A stretch of DNA of 64,000 nt from an uncultured Gemmatimonadales bacterium (GTDB lineage Bacteria > Gemmatimonadota > Gemmatimonadetes > Gemmatimonadales > GWC2-71-9): NCBI GenBank assembly GCA_963742755.1, contig CAVUMU010000011.1, positions 76,568 through 140,567 on the forward strand, written 5' to 3'. The number at the start of each line of letters is the position of its first letter. The stretch's first letter is position 1. Positions 39,444-48,342 of this stretch are shown one piece after another. The notes beneath the pieces were generated by a model. It saw only the letters and a program-made list of their open reading frames with translations, was not told the origin of the DNA and did not search any database. The position numbers and the translations under genes are program-made.

Positions 39444-41465
39444 ATGAAGCAGCGTGTGCGGCTGTGGTTGTTCCGGATCGCGACTGCCCTGGCCGTTCCG
39501 GCGATCCTCGTGGTCGGCGCGGAAGCCGGCCTCCGGCTGATCGGTTATGGCCATCGGAGCGACTTCACAGTGCCCTGCACGATCCAGGGTCGCAGCGCCT
39601 TCTGCGAGAACGACCGGTTCAGCTGGCAGTTCTTCCCGGCCGGATTGTTCCGGCTGCCCTACGCTTTCGCGATCCCCGCTGAGAAGGCGCCGGCAGCATT
39701 TCGGATCTTCGTTGTTGGCGAGTCGGCGGCCCAGGGTGTGCCGGAGCCCTCGTACGGTTTTGCACGCTACCTCGAGGTCATGCTCCGCGATCGCTTTCCG
39801 GCAGTGACGTTCGAGGTGGTCAATACCAGCATCAGCTCGATCAACTCGCACGTCCTGCTGCCGGTGGCGCGGGACCTGGCGCGGCATCAGCCGGACCTGT
39901 TCGTGCTCTACATCGGGAACAACGAGGTGGTCGGCCCCTTCGGGCCACAGACCTCGCTGACCCCGAGGGCGTCGAGCGTCCCACTCATCAGGGCAGGCAT
40001 CTTCCTCAAGTCCACCCGGCTGGGACAGCTCCTCGGAGGGATGTTCGCCCGGGGCTCGAACCAGGGATCGCCGACGGAGTGGCGCGGCATTCGAATGTTT
40101 CTCGAGCACCAGGTCCCGGCCGACGCGCCGGCCATGGAGCCGGTCTACCACAACTTTCGGCGGAACCTGCATGACATCGTGAAGGCCGCGGCCGGATCCG
40201 GCGCGCCCGTCCTGATCAGCACCGTAGGGGCCAACCTGAAAGACTGTGGCCCATTCGGCTCGCTGCATCGCCCGGATCTCACCCCGGAAGAGAAGCAGGC
40301 GTGGGACGCACGGGTTCGAGAGGGGACGGACCTGGAGCGGGCCGGCCAGCCTGCCGCTGCCCGGGACCAGTACCTGGCTGCGGCCACCATCGATGATCGT
40401 CATGCCGAATTGCAATTCAGAATCGGCCGGTCCTACTGGGCGGCCGGTGAGTACGAGCAGGCCCGTGACCGGTTCGCCCGGGCCCGCGATCTGGACGTCC
40501 TCCGCTTCCGTGCGGACGGCAGAATGAACCAGATCATCCGGTCGGTGGCGGCGGAGGCAGGTGGCCAGGTGCAGCTGGTTGACGGCGAGGCGCTCTTTGC
40601 GGCAGCCAGCCCGAACGGGGTTCCCGGCCGCGAGTTGTTTCACGAGCATGTGCATCTGAATCCCCGGGGCAACTACCTGCTTGCCCAGGCCCTCTTCCTC
40701 GAGGTCGTAGCGAGGCTGCCTGAGCGTGTCCGGCAGTCCGTGCCCACGAGCGAGCCTCCCTCGCAGGTGGACGCCGAGCGGTCACTGGCTCTGACCTCCT
40801 TCGATCGGCGCCGGGTGGCTCGTGAAATCGGGGCATGGCTGAGCCAGCCGCCGTTCACGTACCAGCTGGATCACCAGGAGCAGGTGCGGGCCCTGGAGCA
40901 AGACACCGCGGGCACGAATGGGAGTCCTCAGGAGACCGCGTCCGCTTACCAGTGGGCGATATCGAAGGCGCCAGACGATCACTGGCTGCGCTTCAACCAC
41001 GGTGTGTTCCTGGAGGAACACGAGCCCGCCGCCGCCGTGGCCGAGTTCCGGACCGCGCTGGCGCTCCTGCCAGGGGACTACCTGGCCCGGGAGAAACTGG
41101 TCGATGTACTGATCAAGACCGGCGATCTCAGCGCGGCCCTGGAGGAAGGACACGAGCTGCTCCGCCGCATGCCCTATCACGCCCCGGCGTATCTGACGAT
41201 CGCATATGCGCTGGCCCGGCTGGGCCGGCTGGAGGAGAGCATCGGGGCCTATGAGCGGGCAGTCGAGCTCCAGGCCGCCTTCGCGGTGGACGCATACAAC
41301 CAGATCGGTGTCATTCAGCTGCATCAGGGCCGGTTCGCGCCGGCCGTGGCAAACTTCCAGAAAGCGATCGAGCTCGATACCGCGCGTACCAGGGCCGCCG
41401 AGCTCCAGTACAACCTGGGTTATGCTCGCGCTGAGTTGGGCCGGCAATCGGGACCCAGAGACTGA
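39444..41465 (+). CDS. Membrane-anchored SGNH/GDSL-domain protein with TPR repeats (copy C)
   Basis: VVGESAAQG, YIGNNEVVG, ARDLDVLRFRA, FHEHVHLN; multiple TPRs. Confidence 0.8.
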   Translation: MKQRVRLWLFRIATALAVPAILVVGAEAGLRLIGYGHRSDFTVPCTIQGRSAFCENDRFSWQFFPAGLFRLPYAFAIPAEKAPAAFRIFVVGESAAQGVPEPSYGFARYLEVMLRDRFPAVTFEVVNTSISSINSHVLLPVARDLARHQPDLFVLYIGNNEVVGPFGPQTSLTPRASSVPLIRAGIFLKSTRLGQLLGGMFARGSNQGSPTEWRGIRMFLEHQVPADAPAMEPVYHNFRRNLHDIVKAAAGSGAPVLISTVGANLKDCGPFGSLHRPDLTPEEKQAWDARVREGTDLERAGQPAAARDQYLAAATIDDRHAELQFRIGRSYWAAGEYEQARDRFARARDLDVLRFRADGRMNQIIRSVAAEAGGQVQLVDGEALFAAASPNGVPGRELFHEHVHLNPRGNYLLAQALFLEVVARLPERVRQSVPTSEPPSQVDAERSLALTSFDRRRVAREIGAWLSQPPFTYQLDHQEQVRALEQDTAGTNGSPQETASAYQWAISKAPDDHWLRFNHGVFLEEHEPAAAVAEFRTALALLPGDYLAREKLVDVLIKTGDLSAALEEGHELLRRMPYHAPAYLTIAYALARLGRLEESIGAYERAVELQAAFAVDAYNQIGVIQLHQGRFAPAVANFQKAIELDTARTRAAELQYNLGYARAELGRQSGPRD

Positions 41466-41487
41466 TGTCTTTCCGAGGACTGAAACC

Positions 41488-42144
41488 ATGTCACCAGAGA
41501 TGACGCAGCAGAGTCTCGACCCTATGGCCGACATCGCCAGCACCGGCCAGATCGAGAACATGTTCTCCACGCCGGTCTTCTGGTGCGTATTGAAGGATGT
41601 TGACGCCCTCAACGCGGAGCTCCGAGACCTCATTCTGGACCAGGAGCGCGCCTCCACGTCGATGGTGAAGAGCAACCAGGGCGGCTGGCAGTCCCCCAGC
41701 GAGTTCTTCCGTTGGGAGGCGCCGGCGGTCGCGACCCTGGCGCGCTACGCTCGTCGCGCAGTCGAAGTCGCGACGTCCCGCATCATCCCGCAAAACCTGA
41801 GAATGGAATTTCATCTGTCCAGTTGGGCAGCGGTGAACCGGAAGGGGCACTACAACACCACCCACGTGCATCCCATGGCCACGTGGTCAGGGGTGTACTA
41901 TGTCGATCCAGGCGACGAGAGCCCCGATTCGGCGGGCGGCTTGCTGGAGTTCGATCACCCCATCATGGCTTCGGTGATGACGTTTTTCCCGGGGGTGTTA
42001 CCCTCGGCGCGCCTGGTGCGGCCCGAGGCCGGAATGATGATCCTGTTCCCCAGCTATCTCCAACACAGCGTGCGGATGTATACCGGCGAGCGGCCTCGCA
42101 TCTGCGTGCCGTTCAACGCGCACATTCGTATCTCCGGCACCTAG
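41488..42144 (+). CDS. TIGR02466-like putative 2OG-Fe(II) oxygenase
   Basis: FSTP, SNQGGWQS, HVH..ATWSGVYYV, FPSYLQHSV, RICVPFN. Confidence 0.8.
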   Translation: MSPEMTQQSLDPMADIASTGQIENMFSTPVFWCVLKDVDALNAELRDLILDQERASTSMVKSNQGGWQSPSEFFRWEAPAVATLARYARRAVEVATSRIIPQNLRMEFHLSSWAAVNRKGHYNTTHVHPMATWSGVYYVDPGDESPDSAGGLLEFDHPIMASVMTFFPGVLPSARLVRPEAGMMILFPSYLQHSVRMYTGERPRICVPFNAHIRISGT

Positions 42145-42191
42145 GCCACGTCGATCTTTTCTGAATTCGTCTACCGCTTCGAAAGTTGGCA

Positions 42192-44900
42192 ATGGGACGC
42201 AACAGGAGCACAAGACTTCACGACCGGGCGCAGACCCGAAGAGCCTCTGTGCTCCCATCCCCGGCACTTTCGCAACCGCAGGAGTCAGGCCTCGAGGCGT
42301 GGTATGTAGCCGAAGGCCAACGGGGGCAGCAGCTCCTGGATCGGGGTGACATCACCTCGGCGAGGTCCATTTTCGAGGGTGTGCTGGAACGGCTGGGCGA
42401 CGCGCCGAGCTATGGCCGGGCCGTGATCCTGAGCCGATTGGGCCGCTGTTTCCATCTGCAGGCCCAGCCCGATCGGGCCATCACGGCGCTGGGAGAGGCC
42501 CTGGATCTTATCGGGAGGCTCGCGCCCAGCCAGGGAGTAAAGGGCCTGCGGGGAACGCTGCGCTCGGAGCTGGGCGATGCCCTGCGGGCGGCGGGCAGGT
42601 ACGCCGAGGCCCGCAAATCCTACGCGACCGCGCTGAAGATCGCCGAAGAGCTGCAGGATGTGAGGGCACAGGGCGTCGATCAGGGCCACCTCGCGGCCTT
42701 GGCTTTCGCCGAGGGAAGGTATGACGAGGCGCTGGATCACGGCCGGGCGGCACTAAGGCTCATCCAGCCAATCCACGAGCCCCGACTCGAAGCTCTCGCC
42801 TGGCATCAGCTCGGCAGGGTTCTCCAGGCAACCGGACAGTTGAACGAGGCCCGACGGCACTACGGCGAGGCGGCCGGCATCAGCGAACGGTACGGCAATG
42901 CTGCCGGGGCGTCGCAAAGCTGGAATCAGCTTGCGATGGTGGAACAACAGTCGGGGCACCCGGATCTCGCCCAGGAGTGGCTCGGCAAGGTGGTCGATGC
43001 CGACCGAGAGCGCGGTGACCTGCCCGGGTTGGCGGGTCATCTAGGCGACCTGGCCGAGTTGCAGGCCCAAGCGGGTCGTCTGATCGAGGCCAGACTGCAC
43101 GCCATGGAGGCGCTTGCGGTCGCGCAGAACCTCGACCCGGCCGGCGCCCAGGCCTGGATGAGCTACGGTATCCTGGCCGGCATCAACGAAAAAGATGCGG
43201 CCATTGCCACCGACAGCCACCGCAAGGCCCTGCTGCAAACCCAGGCTGAGAATTTCCGCCAACTGCAATATTATGGACCAAGATTCCTCGGCGCCCTACT
43301 GAACCTGCAGACGCCGAGCCTCGGCCGCGCCGTGATGCTGGGCCGGATTGGGTGGTGTTTCCACCTCGGCGGCCGACCCGATCTGGCCACCGCTACACTG
43401 CGAGATGCGCTACAGGTGGCAGAGACACTCGGGGCAGCCGAGAGAGTGCTGAGCCTCCGGGCCAAGCTGCACCTGGAGCTGGGGGATGCTTTGCTCGCAG
43501 TTGAGCGTGGTACCGAGGCTGGAAGTGCATACACGGCCGCCTTGCGGGCCGCCCAGCAGCTGGAGGATCTCCGAGGCGAGGCAGACTCGCTCGGCCGGCT
43601 CGGCGCTCTGGCCCTGGCCGACGGCAGATCTGATGAGGCCGCAACTCTCAAGCGGGCGGAACTCCTGGTGCTGGAGCGAATAGACCAGCCTGCATCGGAG
43701 ACCCAGATGGACGGCTGCGGCGTCACCATCCACGACGAGCTGATCACCGAATACGCCTTCGAGCCCGATCTGCTGATCGACGGCCCGCGCGAGCGGCGGG
43801 TGACGCACCCAGTAGAGCCGCAGCCGCTGAACGGCGATGTTCGCCCTAGGATCATGCCGTCGGTACGGGCGTGGGTGGAGGATGATGGAGCGGTCCGTTT
43901 CCGGCTCGACCTGAGCGAGCCGCTGGCGGAACACGACGCCGGTTGCACGGTCATGCAGCGAAGGATGCGAGAGGTGACCGTCTCGGGAAACCAGGCCGTC
44001 CTGTGGCGGCTCATCCGGCGAATGGACGGAAACTCCACGGTGGCGGACATACTGTCGTCCTCGGGCTCGGAGCGCTCATCGTGGGACCGTATGCTCTCGG
44101 CTATCGCGGCCGCCGGAGTGGTGGACGTATCAGGCCGTGCCCTGGGACGTTTCCTTCATTGGGCCACCAGGAAGGGCGTGCTCCCCGCGGGCGGGCTCAG
44201 CAGCGATGAGGTCCTGCAGCTGGCGACTGATGGGGATTATCGGGAGCATGCAGGGGCGACTCGGATCCCGCTGGAGGGATCGGTGCCCCAACGTCTGCAC
44301 GGCTTTCACGCCCTGACCCGCGCTCGCCGGTCGTCGCGGGACTATAGACGTCAGCCCCTCGGCCGAGGCGAATTCGAGGCTCTGCTCTCGACCGCGTGCG
44401 GCGTCACCGGGACCATGTCTTGGGCGGGTCGGGAAGTCAGGCTGCGGGCGTACCCCTCGAGTGGCGCGCTCTACGCCGTGGAGATCTATCCGGTCGTCTT
44501 CAGGGTGGAAGGCCTCGACGCCGCGGTGTATCACTACCGGCCGGTCGAAAACCTGCTGGAGGTGGTCCGCCCCGCTATCGATGGGGATAGCCTCGTGGCG
44601 GCCTCACTGCCCATGGAACGCGAGATGGTGGCAGGTGTGGCGGCCATGATCTGTCTGGTGGGCTCGTTTCCCCGGCATGAGCGCAAATACGGGCAGGGCG
44701 GCTACCGAATGATGGTGGCCGAGTCGGGGCATATCTCGCAGAACCTTGTGCTTGCTGCTACCGCGCTGGGGCTGAGTGCCAGGCCATTCGGCGGCGTTTT
44801 CGATGAGCTCATGAACAAAGAGCTTGGCCTGCACGGACGGGACGAGGAGTTCCTGCTCTCGGTTCTCGTGGGGCACGCGGGAGGGAGCCAGGGGGCGTAA
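42192..44900 (+). CDS. TPR-repeat protein fused to a winged-helix segment and a SagB/ThcOx-type FMN dehydrogenase
   Basis: Long TPR array; LIRRMDGNSTVADIL; RRSSRDY, RAYPSSGALYAVEIY, KYG..GYR..AESGHISQNL.LAATALGL. Confidence 0.8.
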   Translation: MGRNRSTRLHDRAQTRRASVLPSPALSQPQESGLEAWYVAEGQRGQQLLDRGDITSARSIFEGVLERLGDAPSYGRAVILSRLGRCFHLQAQPDRAITALGEALDLIGRLAPSQGVKGLRGTLRSELGDALRAAGRYAEARKSYATALKIAEELQDVRAQGVDQGHLAALAFAEGRYDEALDHGRAALRLIQPIHEPRLEALAWHQLGRVLQATGQLNEARRHYGEAAGISERYGNAAGASQSWNQLAMVEQQSGHPDLAQEWLGKVVDADRERGDLPGLAGHLGDLAELQAQAGRLIEARLHAMEALAVAQNLDPAGAQAWMSYGILAGINEKDAAIATDSHRKALLQTQAENFRQLQYYGPRFLGALLNLQTPSLGRAVMLGRIGWCFHLGGRPDLATATLRDALQVAETLGAAERVLSLRAKLHLELGDALLAVERGTEAGSAYTAALRAAQQLEDLRGEADSLGRLGALALADGRSDEAATLKRAELLVLERIDQPASETQMDGCGVTIHDELITEYAFEPDLLIDGPRERRVTHPVEPQPLNGDVRPRIMPSVRAWVEDDGAVRFRLDLSEPLAEHDAGCTVMQRRMREVTVSGNQAVLWRLIRRMDGNSTVADILSSSGSERSSWDRMLSAIAAAGVVDVSGRALGRFLHWATRKGVLPAGGLSSDEVLQLATDGDYREHAGATRIPLEGSVPQRLHGFHALTRARRSSRDYRRQPLGRGEFEALLSTACGVTGTMSWAGREVRLRAYPSSGALYAVEIYPVVFRVEGLDAAVYHYRPVENLLEVVRPAIDGDSLVAASLPMEREMVAGVAAMICLVGSFPRHERKYGQGGYRMMVAESGHISQNLVLAATALGLSARPFGGVFDELMNKELGLHGRDEEFLLSVLVGHAGGSQGA

Positions 44901-44910
44901 GCCCCCTGGC
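44887..44910. terminator. GNRA hairpin between convergent genes
   Basis: GCCAGGGGGC-GTAA-GCCCCCTGGC overlapping the stop codon. Confidence 0.45.
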
Positions 44911-44918
44911 CCCTTGGC

Positions 44919-46088
44919 CTACCGGTCCCTCTTACCGCTCCTCCGCACCTGATCCTGGATCCAGTCGAGAACTACTCCGGCAATCTGGTCGCTGTTCTTC
45001 TCGATGAACATGAAGTGTCCGTTTCCCCTGATTCCGATATCCTGCAGCTTGAGCCAGGTAAAGTTCCCGTCCACTCCCGCCTGCCTGAGGAATCGCACCG
45101 TGCAAGGATCCCAGGCGGTGTTGTACCCCGACGGGGCGGTGAGCAGCATGATGGGCATCCGCTGCAGATTCGGGAGCTCGCGCGCCGGACTGGCCTGGAC
45201 CCAACAGGTCGCGACACCGGGATCCTTGGGGAGGGGCACGAAGCTCAGCTGCGACGGGTCGGAGACTGCGGGGCTGTAGGTGATCGGGTTGCGAGTAAGT
45301 CCCCACGCAAACGTTGGTCCCGCCGCGAACCCCATACTCGGCTCGTCGCGCGCGACCGGTGGTCCGCCCGGCTCGAGCTGGATCAGGGCTTTCACCAGAT
45401 TCGGACGGCGATCCGCGACCAGCCAGGCCGGCGCTCCCGGCTGCGAGTGCGGGATGACAATCGAAGGTCCGATTCGGTCCAGCAGTGCCACCAGGCCGTC
45501 GGCCGTCAGCTGTTCCTGAAGGACGGCATTGGTGAGCGCGTCCGACTGCGACGAGAGGAACTGCTCGAACGTGGGATCGCCGTTGACCGCGGGGCCAACC
45601 CACTGGGTGTGCAGCCGCGCCGCCGGCCAGAAGTTGTAGCGCTCAATGGCGGCCCAGAGCGACTGGGCCCTGGTCGCGTTGGACACATCACCCAAAGGCC
45701 CGAGTTGCGAATGGTAGGCAGACCGGCCCCGCGCGGGCTGATCCACCACATAGACCGCGAACCCCCGGCGCACGAAGTACTGGGTCCAGCCCTCGCGACC
45801 ATCCAGGGTCTGGCTCCAGCCGGCGCCAATCTGGCCGCCGCCGTGCACCAGGATGATCGGGTAACGCTGCGTCTTGTTCTGCGGGATCACGTACTCGACG
45901 TACATGGCACCGACCATCTGGTCGTTGGCGTTGTGGCTTCCACCCACGAAGAAATTCCCGAACTTCGCGATCACCAGCGGTTGTTTGTCCCCCCTGTTCC
46001 CCTTGTTGCCGTGGTCCTGCGCCTGTCCTGTGGTGGCGACAACGACCAGGGCGCACACCGCCAGGCGAAGCATGCCAGTGAATTTCAT
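44919..46088 (-). CDS. Secreted alpha/beta hydrolase, esterase-713-like (paralogue 9)
   Basis: Signal peptide; MYVEY, HGGG, DQPARGRS, PHSQPG, LEPG, GNGHFMF. Confidence 0.9.
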   Translation of the reverse strand: MKFTGMLRLAVCALVVVATTGQAQDHGNKGNRGDKQPLVIAKFGNFFVGGSHNANDQMVGAMYVEYVIPQNKTQRYPIILVHGGGQIGAGWSQTLDGREGWTQYFVRRGFAVYVVDQPARGRSAYHSQLGPLGDVSNATRAQSLWAAIERYNFWPAARLHTQWVGPAVNGDPTFEQFLSSQSDALTNAVLQEQLTADGLVALLDRIGPSIVIPHSQPGAPAWLVADRRPNLVKALIQLEPGGPPVARDEPSMGFAAGPTFAWGLTRNPITYSPAVSDPSQLSFVPLPKDPGVATCWVQASPARELPNLQRMPIMLLTAPSGYNTAWDPCTVRFLRQAGVDGNFTWLKLQDIGIRGNGHFMFIEKNSDQIAGVVLDWIQDQVRRSGKRDR

Positions 46089-46194
46089 AACCCGTCCTCT
46101 CTTTACTTACCGCGGTCGCCCGAGGGCAAACCCCGCGGGAGCTCGGTGAGCTCGAGGTTGTTCTGCTCCCTCAGCATGGGGCTGCGGGACCAGG

Positions 46195-46214
46195 TGTCAA
46201 CCGCATTTTGTCTC
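46195..46214 (-). promoter_or_regulatory. Regulon motif copy 7 (degenerate, with canonical -35)
   Basis: Minus strand GAGACAAAATGCGGTTGACA, then 16 nt and CATGCT, upstream of paralogue 9. Confidence 0.5.
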
Positions 46215-46525
46215 GTGGCGAAGCCTGGGAAGCTGCGCAACCGTTTCGAATCCTTGACCATTGAGTTAATGGCTGCCAACATCCCTTATCCTCCGCTATA
46301 ACCCGCGTCATGAGCAGTCGCGCGCAGCGTGCAACATCTGGCATGCCGCCACAATCGTCCGGGTAGAACAGGCAGTGGAATGGTGGACCCTACTTACCGA
46401 CGGTTGTAGGCCGCACAACATACGGTTGTTGGCACCTGGCACACGATGGGGGCAGTTTGAGTATCCGGCTAAAGGCTGATGCGATAACCCGAACGTCTCC
46501 AGGGGTGGGCCGGCCCGAGGTGCGG

Positions 46526-47083
46526 GTGCCGGCCAGGAGTGAAGCCGGCTTTACTCTCCTCGAGGTCATCGTCGCGGTATTGCTGACCAGCCTGGTGGTC
46601 ATCCTGGGCTTCAGCGCGGCGCAGGTCAGCTTTGACAGCAGTGCCCGGCTGGGGTTCGATCTTCGCAGGCTGCAGAGCGGGCGCGCCGTACGCCAGATAC
46701 TCGGCGATGCACTGCGCAACGCTCAGCCGGCGCAACAGCCCACCGACCCCGGCTTCCAGCTGCAGAACGACCGCCTGACCTTCATGGCGGCGGCCGGAGC
46801 GTCCCCGCTCGATCCGGATTATGACTGGCTGATCACAATCGGGCCGGTGGACGGCCGAGTCGAGTTTGCGGCCAAGCCGCTGGGACGCGCCCCGCCGGCG
46901 GAGGTCCGCTTCACCTTGCCGGAGGTGACCCGCTGGGACGTACGGGTCATGGTTCCAGGCAGCACCGCCGGGTGGCTTCGGGAGTGGCCCCGCGGAACCA
47001 TGATGCCCCGCGCTGTCGAGATAAAGTTCTGGAACGAATCGCGTGCGCTGGGGCCACCGCTTCGCGTCACGCTCGTGCCATAG
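46526..47083 (+). CDS. gspJ: T2SS minor pseudopilin (GspJ-like)
   Basis: Prepilin motif GFTLLEVIVA; MPRAVEI; start codon uncertain (46457-46526). Confidence 0.7.
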   Translation: MPARSEAGFTLLEVIVAVLLTSLVVILGFSAAQVSFDSSARLGFDLRRLQSGRAVRQILGDALRNAQPAQQPTDPGFQLQNDRLTFMAAAGASPLDPDYDWLITIGPVDGRVEFAAKPLGRAPPAEVRFTLPEVTRWDVRVMVPGSTAGWLREWPRGTMMPRAVEIKFWNESRALGPPLRVTLVP

Positions 47084-47092
47084 GCATTGCCC

Positions 47093-47473
47093 ATGTCTCA
47101 TGATCGTGGTTTGACCTTACTCGAAGTCATGGTGGCGCTCGTCATTCTCGGGCTAGTCGGTCTTGGCTTCCTGGAATTGTTCCACCAAAGCCACCGGGTA
47201 GTCGCCGACTCCCGCCAGTGGCTGGCAGCTGTCGTGTATGCGGAAGATGGGATGGAGGAAGTGAAGCTCCAGGGAATCACCAACCTCCCCCCCGCCGAAG
47301 ATCTCCCCGGGGGGTTCCGGCGGCAGATCGCGGCCAGCCCGTGGCGTGCGGGCCTGGCCGCGGTGACGGTCACGGTCTCCCTACCCGGCGGCGGCAGCTT
47401 CGATCTCCAGCGGCTGGTGCAACTCGAGCCGACCATTGCACGCGGAACACCATCGGAGGCCACGGACGAGTGA
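47093..47473 (+). CDS. gspI: T2SS minor pseudopilin (GspI-like)
   Basis: GLTLLEVMVALVIL; short; VTVTVS strand. Confidence 0.7.
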   Translation: MSHDRGLTLLEVMVALVILGLVGLGFLELFHQSHRVVADSRQWLAAVVYAEDGMEEVKLQGITNLPPAEDLPGGFRRQIAASPWRAGLAAVTVTVSLPGGGSFDLQRLVQLEPTIARGTPSEATDE

Positions 47474-48342
47474 TGATGAACTGGCGCGACGAGCGCGGAA
47501 TGGCGTTGGTCTTCGTTCTCTCTCTCCTGGTCACGCTCGGGCTGGTGGCGACGGAGGTGGCACGCAGCGCGCGCTCCGAGGCGGCATTGGTGTCCGGTGT
47601 GCGGGCCCGCAGCGTCGGCCGGTATGCGGCCGAGAGCGGAATTGCCGCCGCTATGGTGCGGATCCACGCGCTGCTCGATTCCGCCGGCGCGGGGCCCGAT
47701 CAAGCGAAGGCGTTTCGCAGTCTGGATAGCGCGCTTGCCCGGATCGAGGCCGGCCCGGAAGGCACGTCCCGGTTTCGGGTGGCGATGGTAAACCTCAATG
47801 CGCGGATCGACTTGAACCGGGCTGATCAGGCTACGTTGCGCGAGTTTCTCGCCCAATTCACCAGCCGTCAGCGTGCCGACCAGGCCATCGCGGCACTGAT
47901 CAAGGAGCCGCTCCGGAGAGTGGGGGAGCTGGCCCGTGTTCCCGGTATGGACCAGGCACTCGCCTTTGACATCGCTCCCTACGTGACGGTCTGGAGCGAT
48001 GGGCTCATCGACCTCAATGCGGCACCGGAAGCAGTGCTCGCCGCGATTCCGGGGATTGGGTCGGCCACCGCCCGGTCATTGGTGGAGCGGCGGGAAGAGG
48101 GAGAGGTCTTCACCTCCACCGATCCCATGCGGCGGCCGCGGGAAAATTCGGGCGACACTGACGAGATGGGCTCTCCTGCGCCCTCTCAGCCCTTTCTCCA
48201 GGTTGTTACCGCACCGACTCGCCTCTTGCTCATCAGCCGGGGTTGGCAGGCGGGGCATCCGCTGACTCATGAAATCCAGGCGGCCTATCTGGTTCTAGGC
48301 CACCGGCTGGTGCTCCAGGCTTGGTGGGAGCGGGACTTATGA
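47473..48342 (+). CDS. gspK: T2SS pseudopilin GspK
   Basis: ERGMAL (no Glu+5), ARIDLNRA, IDLNAAPEAVLAAIPGIG. Confidence 0.8.
   Translation: MMNWRDERGMALVFVLSLLVTLGLVATEVARSARSEAALVSGVRARSVGRYAAESGIAAAMVRIHALLDSAGAGPDQAKAFRSLDSALARIEAGPEGTSRFRVAMVNLNARIDLNRADQATLREFLAQFTSRQRADQAIAALIKEPLRRVGELARVPGMDQALAFDIAPYVTVWSDGLIDLNAAPEAVLAAIPGIGSATARSLVERREEGEVFTSTDPMRRPRENSGDTDEMGSPAPSQPFLQVVTAPTRLLLISRGWQAGHPLTHEIQAAYLVLGHRLVLQAWWERDL

Noticed and set aside
38073-44900. Classical TOMM/azole RiPP cluster
   Set aside because: No YcaO cyclodehydratase or Cys/Ser/Thr-rich precursor found in the window
16575-46214. Repeated GAGACGTTTTGCGGTTGC as a CRISPR repeat or IS end
   Set aside because: Copies are kilobases apart with no spacer array, no cas or transposase genes and no target duplications; all are oriented toward gene starts
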